From: Octopus vulgaris
Lineage: Eukaryota
Assembly (NCBI GenBank): GCA_951406725.2
Contig: OX597815.1
Location: 109,926,001 to 109,990,000, forward strand
DNA length: 64,000 nt
Direction: 5' to 3'
Within the stretch, counting starts at the first letter, position 1, and each line of letters begins with the position of its first letter. The notes under the pieces are model-generated. The model did no database searches. It was not told the origin of the DNA and was given only the letters and a program-made list of their open reading frames with translations. This document shows positions 54,137 through 64,000 of this stretch, piece after piece. A program made the position numbers and the translations under genes.

Positions 54137-54994
54137 AGCTAGACGATGCGTAAAACGAAAAATCATCCCTCGCAGAGATAGTGACAATATTGTAGTATGA
54201 AGATAGAATTAATAATGTTAATGAATATTTAAAGAAAAATTAAAACTTCAAGCTTCTCTGTTTTTAAAAATTTGTTTACACACACAAACACACACGCACA
54301 CACTCACACACGTACACATACGCGTTCACACATGCGTTCACACACACATACACAAACATATATACACAAATACATACATATATACACATGTGCACACCCA
54401 TGCACGCACCACAAACACACACGCATGTTCTTCTACTTATCACTTCTCAGTATAGAATGTATATTTTACAGTCATGCATATTGATGCGAAAAAGTTGCTG
54501 CTCCAAATCAAAGAAGAACGCATTGTTGTGTTTGACATTGGAGGCATATCACTCTTAACTGTGTAACTGGGCCCTGAAGGCCATCAGGAAACTGCTAATA
54601 GAAAGCTGAAACAGAATTCAGAGTGTAAAGTGCCCGAACAGATGTCACAATCTGTTTTTGTTCGACGAAAGTAAGGCTATCCTCGTAGAAATCTGGAACC
54701 AAAAAGCTGAAAACTGGAAATAATTCTGTTGATTACTTCGTCGTTTTACTGACGATATTTTCCATTTATTTTCATGTAAAGTCTTTGCATTTTTAAAAGC
54801 CATCAAAAGTATTTCAAGATCTTCTGAGCACCATCTTCCAGATGAAGTGGTCTTTGTCGCTTCAGTGAAAATAATATCACGATTATTGTGGATAAGATTG
54901 CAGTCGGAATTATTTTTTGTGTGTGTGTGTGTTATTATACGTTACTTTTGTGTTTATTTTATTGATGTATGATATTATAAATGTTGATTGCATC

Positions 54995-56212
54995 AGCATC
55001 TGGGCGGTTTCACTACTTAGAGATGAAGCAAGAGTAATCGCATGGATAGTAGACAAACTAAACAGCTTAGACAGAAAGACAAGGAAGAAACTGACTAGAT
55101 ATGTGATACTCTACCCAACAAGTAACACAGACAGACTGTATGTACTTAGAAAAAAGGGGGGGGGACTGAGTGGATGCGAACACAGCTTTAGAGCAGAACA
55201 AAACAACATAGCATGGTATTTAAAAATGCCACAGAATCACGGTCAGGCTTGAGTAGGATGGAAGACTGCAAAGATAAAGCACTGTACACGCACTTGAGAA
55301 TGAACAAAACTGAATGTAGGTGGATAAGAAAAGAATACTTGGAAAATTTCATAGGGATGTTGAAAATAAGACAGACAGAGAGAAAATGGATGACTAAAAG
55401 TGATTTAAAACCGGAAATGGAGGCTCTAATCTGTGCTGCCCAAGAGCAAACATTAAGAACCAATTACATCAAATACAGGATAGTCAAAACATCAGAAAGT
55501 GATAAGTGCAGAATTTGTGGATAAAAATGGTGAAACCGTATGGCATATTACCAGTCAATGTACGCCGTATGGCATATTACCAGTCAATGTACGCCGTATG
55601 GCTTATTGCCAGTCAGTGTACGCCACTAGTTCAGAAAGAATAAAAGAGACGTCATGACAATATAGCAAGGATTGTTCATTCCATACTTTGCAATAAGTAT
55701 GGACATGACAGAACAAAAATTGGTATGAACATAAACTCGAAGGCATAATAGAAAATGATAATGTAAAGATCCTATGGGACTTTATGATTCAGTGCGATCA
55801 TGAGATAAAGAATAGGAAACCAGACAGAGTGTTAATTGAGAAAGAAAGCAAACGATGCTGGATCATAGATATAGCATGTCCAGCTGACAACAAGGTATGC
55901 GATAAGGAAGAAAGAAAAGTCGATATATATGATAGGCTAGCTTGGGAGGTTGGGCAGTTGTGGTCGCTGAAAAAGATGGTAGTAGTACGAATAATTGTCG
56001 GAGCCCTGGGAACAGCGAGTAAAAATCTTGATAAGTACATGGCACAAATAGGGGCTGCAATAAAGGTGGAGCGCTTGCACAAAACAGCATTGCTTGGAAC
56101 CGCTCGAATACTCCGGTAGGTGCTCGAAAAATAAGGGATGTTGCCATAGTTCACTGGTAGTGAACAGCTGGCACCGTAGTACATCTCCAGTGTTTGAAGC
56201 CGTGCAAAGGCA
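54995..56212 (+). mobile_element. 5'-truncated REL LINE (R4/Dong-like)
   Basis: WAVSLLR..LDRKTRK..DRLYVLRKKGG, LICAAQEQTLRTN..KCRICG, RHD, KPD...IIDIACP, IIVGALG, ALLGTARILR; 3' end into (AAT)n. Confidence 0.9.
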
Positions 56213-56271
56213 ATAAATAATAATAATGATAATAATAATAATAATGATGATGATGATGATGATGATAGTAA

Positions 56272-56316
<45 letters not shown>

Positions 56317-57884
56317 TAATAATAATAATAATAATAATAACAACAACAACAACAATAACAACAAGAAGAACATCAAACATTACATACATTGCATTGTGCA
56401 CTTAGCGCATTCAAAATAACGCAGAGACCTAAAACTTATTACACAAAATCTTACGAATCAATTTACGGGGATCGCAGTCAAATCACAGAAGGAACCCCCA
56501 CCCAAACAATACAAAAATAATAATCGTTTGCTCCAAATATGGTAATACAAAAATACACGCGCACACACACATACGTACACACAGAAGAAAATAATGAAAA
56601 AACATATATACAGAATTAATGTTTTATCAATTTGCTCGACTCATTGTGACATGATCTTTATGGTGTTCAGTCTGAAAGAGCGGAAGTAAAATTGATTTGT
56701 TGTCCGTTAATAATGACTTCGAAACAAAGCGATCGTCACAAAGTATCTATATAATTCTAGCGCATCTGTTTAGGACCCGCATGGAACTGGATCTTTAATT
56801 CATTGGTTCTTAATGTGTGTGCAGTATGCATCGGTAATATCAGTGAGTGCGTGTAAGTACAAATGGTATAGATATATGTATGATGTGGTGCGAGTGTTAT
56901 ATGCATGCGTGAGAGAGTCGTGTGTGAGGTGTATGTATATGGTTGTGTGAGCATGTGTGTGCATTTGTGTATATGAAGGTGTATGTTAGTATAAGTGTGT
57001 GTATATTGTCTATAACCATTATATCTGCGTGTTCTCTGGATGTACCCGCCAGGCTTTCCCGTTATTGTTATTGATGTTAATACCATTGTTATTACCGTTA
57101 TTATCATCATCGACATAATCACCTTTCCGCAACCCCTCCTCTCCTTCTTTGCCATAATTATCATATCCTCTCCGCTACAATAATCACCGCCACCATCACC
57201 ATTACCATCACCACCATCATAATCCTACATTTTTCACCACCCTGTCATCACCTCCATCTTCACCGTCTCCATCATTATCACTGTTACTATCACCCACACC
57301 TTTACCATTCGACGAGTATTAAAATTGATTTTAAAAACCATGTCAACACAACTACTTGACCAAAAGCCTCCGAGCCCCTGGTGTTGTGGTGCTGCATAGA
57401 ATGAAGGTAATTGACCCGAGCATGCAGTCAAACAATAAAGAATGGCAAGAAGGAAGAGAGAATTAAAAGGGAAATAGGAAGGGGACAGTATGAAGGTTGA
57501 GTGAACAACAAGGAAAAGAAAGAAAAAAAGAATGATAATTTCCTCCTCTTCTTCCTCCTCCTTATCATCATCATTTAACATCCGTTTTCCATGCTGGCAC
57601 GGGTTGGACGGCATGTGTATCGATATACGCATATTAGCGAGCTTACGCGTGTGCGTATGCGTATATACACAAATGTATATACATACACTATATTTACATA
57701 CACGCATACATATATGCAAACATACGTACATGCTTATATACACATACCCATACATACATACACGCATACATATATGCAAACATACATACATACATACATA
57801 CATACATACATACATACATACATACATACATACATACAAACATACATACAAACATACAAATGCACATACACACGTACAACAAAT

Positions 57885-58290
57885 ATCTATAGGACAAGGA
57901 AAAAAAGCCATACACTGTTGTAGAGGTCAGCTACCCAGAGGATGTGAATGAACCACGAAAATACAAGAACATTTATTGTGATCTAATGCAGAACTTACAA
58001 CTCTACAATAAAATTTTCATTTGCACCTATCATGCATTAGAGAATGTGTCAGCAGATTCACACGCAAACATAGACCTTCTAGGTTTCTCGGAGAAAGTGC
58101 AGAAGAAGATGACGCACATTCTCCCAGTTCAATCTATTAGCGGCATCTCCAATCATTCTAGGCGTCTGCATCGACAATTGAACCAACACACCAACTCAAC
58201 CACATATTTACAAACACTGAGAAATCTCTTCACTTAAAAAGTTTTGCTGCTTTGTTAGCGAGGGACTTGGACTTAAAATATACTTCTCAC
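57885..58290 (+). mobile_element. Highly decayed REL LINE 3' fragment
   Basis: TVVEVSYPEDV and YKNIYCDLMQNLQL resemble the EISCP.DVN..LLRN.Q segment at 44300-44400. Confidence 0.45.
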
Positions 58291-58364
58291 AGTGATGCAC
58301 GCACACACATACACGCACTTATAAATAGCTAGCTAGCTAGATATAGAGAAGCATACATAGAGAG

Positions 58365-58452
<88 letters not shown>

Positions 58453-58495
58453 GCTAGCTAGCTAGCTAAAGATATAAGTATGTTTATTGCAAAGT

Positions 58496-58558
<63 letters not shown>

Positions 58559-58579
58559 TATTGCATAAGTTTGCATGTG

Positions 58580-58622
<43 letters not shown>

Positions 58623-58665
58623 GTATATATATATATATGTGTATATATATATGTATATATATATG

Positions 58666-58696
<31 letters not shown>

Positions 58697-58727
58697 GTAT
58701 GTATATATATGTATATGTATGTATATA

Positions 58728-58790
<63 letters not shown>

Positions 58791-58792
<2 letters not shown>

Positions 58793-58845
58793 GGAAGATT
58801 TATGAAAATAGACAAAAGACGAAGGCAGGTGGAATACAAACAAAT
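58791..58845 (-). mobile_element. Extreme 3' tip of the Neptune-like PLE in (TA)n
   Basis: cgggaagatttatgaaaatagacaaaagacgaaggcaggtggaa nearly matches 46894-46938. Confidence 0.8.
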
Positions 58846-58900
58846 ATATATATTTATATATGTATATATACATGTGTATATATATGTATATATATGTATA

Positions 58901-59233
<333 letters not shown>

Positions 59234-59266
59234 ATATATATATACATACATATATAAATACACACA

Positions 59267-59335
<69 letters not shown>

Positions 59336-59556
59336 CTATATAGCGATAGAGGAGAATGACGACGTAGACAAGACAGAAAAAGAGTGATAGCCGGAGAAGA
59401 AGCATGTGTGAGAATGTAATGCATTCTCTCTGAGGTCTTATCGCCCATCTTCTGTATACTTTCTCACTTTTACCGTTTACCTCGCTCCAGCTGCTTTCTC
59501 TTTAATATTTTGATGTATATGAAACGGTAAAGAGGAGAGATATGAAAGTATCCTGT

Positions 59557-59642
59557 AAACCTTCCGAGTTCTTTTACTGGGTTTAGAAAAACCTGAAGAT
59601 CCCCAACCTTCCGAGTTCTTTTACTGGGTTTAGAAAAACCTG
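59557..59642 (+). repeat. Two copies of a 38-bp sequence
   Basis: aaccttccgagttcttttactgggtttagaaaaacctg occurs twice with a 9-bp spacer. Confidence 0.9.
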
Positions 59643-59801
59643 TAGGAACAATAGAAGGTATAGTTATTTACCAGGAAGGTAGCATTTTGATACCATCCTA
59701 CAAACTTGGAATGTGCAATACCTTATGAGCATGATAGAATGAAAATATTGTTATTAAATATAAGACAGGCAAGCACTGAAATGTTATATATATATATATA
59801 T

Positions 59802-60593
<792 letters not shown>

Positions 60594-60701
60594 TTTGAAG
60601 TGGTGTACAGAAAGTGTATATTGAGAAAAAAGGCTAGTCACAATTTTGGATAATTCAGTATTAACGCCCCCATTCGTTTATTGAACTTGCCAAGACAAAA
60701 T

Positions 60702-60762
<61 letters not shown>

Positions 60763-60900
60763 TGAGTGTATTTTTCCCTTGTTATCAATTAAATACCAGG
60801 GTAGCAAAAAATCACACAAGTAAAGAGGTTGTAACTCCTTGTTTTAAAGGTAGAAACTTCGGGTTCAAATGGAATTTTTGTATAATATATAAATAAATAA

Positions 60901-61467
60901 ATAAATGGAGTTTAACGCAGGTATAATTCAAATACTTTTACTTCCGACACATGTTTCGAAGATTTCACCGATATTATTCCAAAGGAATAAATGGTGTAAA
61001 GCAATGTAATTTTCAGAAAAGCGAAGAAATGAAACTTGTCAATAAGGTGTTTTAGCAGAAAATGATGGATATGTATAGTGATTTACTGAACGCCATTAAT
61101 ATTGTTTGAAAAAACGTTATATGATATATATAAGAAATCTCTATCATTATATATAATTTAAACATTAATTTTTTTTTTATATTTAACATTCGCTAAAAAA
61201 ATATCCCTCCTCTTTCTATAGGCTACTTCTGACATTATATCATATAACGTTTTTTCAAACAATATTAATAGCGTTCAGTAAATCACTATACATATCCATC
61301 ATTTTCTGTTAAAATGTCTTATTGACGAGTTTCATTTCTTCACTTCTCTGAAAAGAAGATTACATTGCTTTACACCATTTATCATTTGGAATAATATCAG
61401 TGAAATCTTCGAAACATGTGCCGGAAGTAAAAGTATTTGAATTATACCTGCGTTAAACTCCATTTAT
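60901..61467. repeat. Long inverted repeat: ~230-bp arms, ~107-bp spacer
   Basis: Arms 60901-61128 and 61236-61467 (ataaatggagtttaacgcaggtataattcaaatac / gtatttgaattatacctgcgttaaactccatttat). Confidence 0.92.
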
Positions 61468-61501
61468 ATAAATATATATATATACATACATACATACATA
61501 A

Positions 61502-61760
61502 AGGTTGTTTGTGGAAGGCCAACAGTCGCCCATGCATACCAGCCTCCCCTCTCCACACCACTGATGTTATCCAACGGAAAGGCAAAGGACGATACAGCTT
61601 GGCACCAATGATGTCGCAGCTGATTTCTACAGCTGAGTTAACTGGAGCAACGTGAAATAAAGTGTCTTGCTCAAGAACACAACACGCAGCCCGGTCCGGG
61701 AATCGAACACGCAACCTCACGATCGTAAGCTCGGCGCTCTAACCACTGAGCCATGCGCCT
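61502..61760 (-). mobile_element. tRNA-derived CORE-SINE (third family)
   Basis: Minus strand ggcgcatggctcagtggttagagcg (A box), gttcgattccc (B box), tgtgttcttgagcaagacacttt (CORE-like). Confidence 0.85.
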
Positions 61761-61771
61761 TCACATACATA

Positions 61772-61839
<68 letters not shown>

Positions 61840-61887
61840 CATATATATATACACATATATATATACACATATATATATATATATATA

Positions 61888-61989
<102 letters not shown>

Positions 61990-62127
61990 TATACATATAT
62001 ATACATGTATTAATTGTAGTAAACATATAATAATGCAGGGCGAATTTACATGGAGTAATGTTTTGAAATCAACGATAACTAATAAAAAAGTGGTGAAAAC
62101 GGTATTGTAGAACAGCCTTAATAACAA

Positions 62128-62470
62128 TGATTTCAAATTTTTTGATACGGCCAGCAACTTCAGTGGAAAAGGATAAATCAATATCTTCGAAATATGTGCT
62201 TGAATTGTACTTATTTCATCGATCTCAAAAGGACGAAAAGCAAAGTCGACCTCGGTGGCATTTGAACTCAGATCGTGAGGCTAGAAGGAAGGCCGCTAAG
62301 CATTTTGTCCGCTGCTGTAACGATTCGGCTATCACATCACCTTAACAACCATAATAACAATGGTTTCAAATTTTAGCACAAGGCTAACAACTTCGGAGAT
62401 GGGAGTAAATCTATTACATCGATCTTAGTACTCAAATGGCACCTATTTTATCGACCCCGAAAGGATAATT
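62128..62470 (-). mobile_element. Two adjacent SINE family B copies, the second cut by a MITE
   Basis: aaagcaaagtcgacctcggtggcatttgaactcaga; tttatcgaccccgaaaggat. Confidence 0.75.
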
Positions 62471-62919
62471 GGATCTTGTCGGTTTGAACGGCAGTTTTTA
62501 AAAATAATTTCCACGTAACTAAACACTTTTAAACTTCGTATACTGGTAGAATGTGTTTATAAAACATCTTTTTCTCTTGGCTTTATTGAGAAAATTCTAT
62601 AGTTTGTAAGATATTTGTTGTTTTTTTTCTTCAATTTCTGCAATTTTAACCAATCAATGACGTCTATTGAGGTGAAAACATTCTGTGCCGTATGAATATG
62701 TCCCTCGTTTAAGAAACAGATTGGGTTTATTTACATTTCTGAAGAAAAAAAGATACCCTTCTCCCCACCCCTAAACCTAACCCTAACCCTAACTAACCCT
62801 AACTAACCCTAACCCTAAAACAGATTGAAATGCAATAGATCGATACTAGGGTCATAATTATGGGTGACACTTTCATATGACACCGCTAGAAAAAACTGCC
62901 GTTCAAACCGAAAAGATCC
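62471..62919 (-). mobile_element. Merlin-like MITE with CCCTAA repeats, copy 3
   Basis: Reverse-complement of copies 1 and 2; 8-bp TSD GGATAATT / GGATGATT (one mismatch). Confidence 0.9.
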
Positions 62920-63815
62920 GGATGATTTCTTTTATTAGCTACGTGAACTCAATACATTAGAGACAGCACAAAGGCAAAACACTGGAGTATAAGCAACAAA
63001 AATACAAAGTAATTCGTCAACTCAAATATAATATCAATAACATTAATAACAATTATTATAAATGAAAATTGAAGGCAGTGGAAGAAGATAAGAATGAAAA
63101 TGATGGTGGCGGCGGAGAATGACATTAGATCGATAAAGTAAGTACCAGTCAAATAGCTCAGGATTTGATCGACCTAATCGGGTATATCCGTTTCGCGAAA
63201 CTTCCGGTCTTGCGCCTTCCTCAGAAATCGTTTTCATTGTTTATTTTGTTTTCAGAATTCGTATCAATAATTTTTGCCGAATCGCTTTCTGTTTAAATAT
63301 TATTGATATTTGTTTCATTGCTCATCTGAGTGCGTCAGTACGTTCGTTTATTTTAAACGCTCCTTTGTCACACATTGTTGACAATGTGAGTTGTGCTGAT
63401 GATGTATAACTCTTTACAGAAACGATATCCGCGTAGTGTCTCATAACAGAATTTACTTATAAGTAACTCCCGGGTGTAAAAGATCGTTATAAACAATTTC
63501 CGTTCACTATTAAGAACTAATATGTCATTTCACGTTAACAAAGGCCCAAGTAAAAACCTATAAACTATAATATATATTATCAATCAACAAAGAAAGAATA
63601 CGTAAATATGTCTCCGTTTCTTTGTAGGCTGGTAAAGCTTTTATCGTTATATCCCCTAGGTGTACATTTTATCAACATACGTCGACTCATTGATGTTGGT
63701 GGAGGTGGAATGGGGTGTGTGTGTGTGTGGGGGGGGAGGGTAGCGGTGATGTTGCGTGTGCGAGTGTGAATGTGTGCATAAAAGCACACACATAAACACA
63801 CATATATGTCATATG

Positions 63816-63853
<38 letters not shown>

Positions 63854-63950
63854 TATATAACATATATATGTGTTTATGCGTGTGCTTTTACGCACACATA
63901 TATATAAATATATACATATATATATATATATATATTATATTATATTATAT

Positions 63951-63981
<31 letters not shown>

Positions 63982-64000
63982 ATAACAAATTAATAAATAA

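Noticed and set aside
54640-54900. Stop-free stretch of about 85 codons on the minus strand
   Set aside because: No recognisable motif or convincing splice sites; compatible with chance.
61680-61760. tRNA-like sequence
   Set aside because: It continues directly into a CORE domain and has no acceptor stem closure, so it is a SINE head.

Overview
AT-rich eukaryotic intergenic or intronic DNA, saturated with microsatellites. The repeat content (tRNA-derived CORE and Nin-domain SINE types, TTAGGG arrays, very long (TA)n/(CATA)n/(AAT)n tracts) suggests an octopus genome; this is an inference from memory of those families, not a database result. No host protein-coding gene can be supported, and almost all listed ORFs are microsatellite translations. 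The only long genuine coding region is a 5'-truncated Neptune-type Penelope-like element (RT plus GIY-YIG, minus strand, ~46894-49198). Other relics are REL-endonuclease LINEs in (AAT)n, an RTE fragment, mariner/maT/pogo transposase fragments, hAT and Merlin-like MITEs, and two SINE families. The most interesting signal is a set of apparently unrelated non-coding elements in (TA)n tracts that carry type I hammerhead ribozymes. One (32755-33513) has two complete hammerheads exactly 494 nt apart, the layout of a retrozyme that can release a circularisable RNA. Two others (43096-43166, 60045-60100) carry complete single hammerheads, and several minimal or decayed copies also occur. A TTAGGG-carrying MITE has 8-bp TSDs in two copies but sits between 212-bp direct repeats in the third. 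All alignments and folds were done by eye; boundaries of old repeats are approximate.
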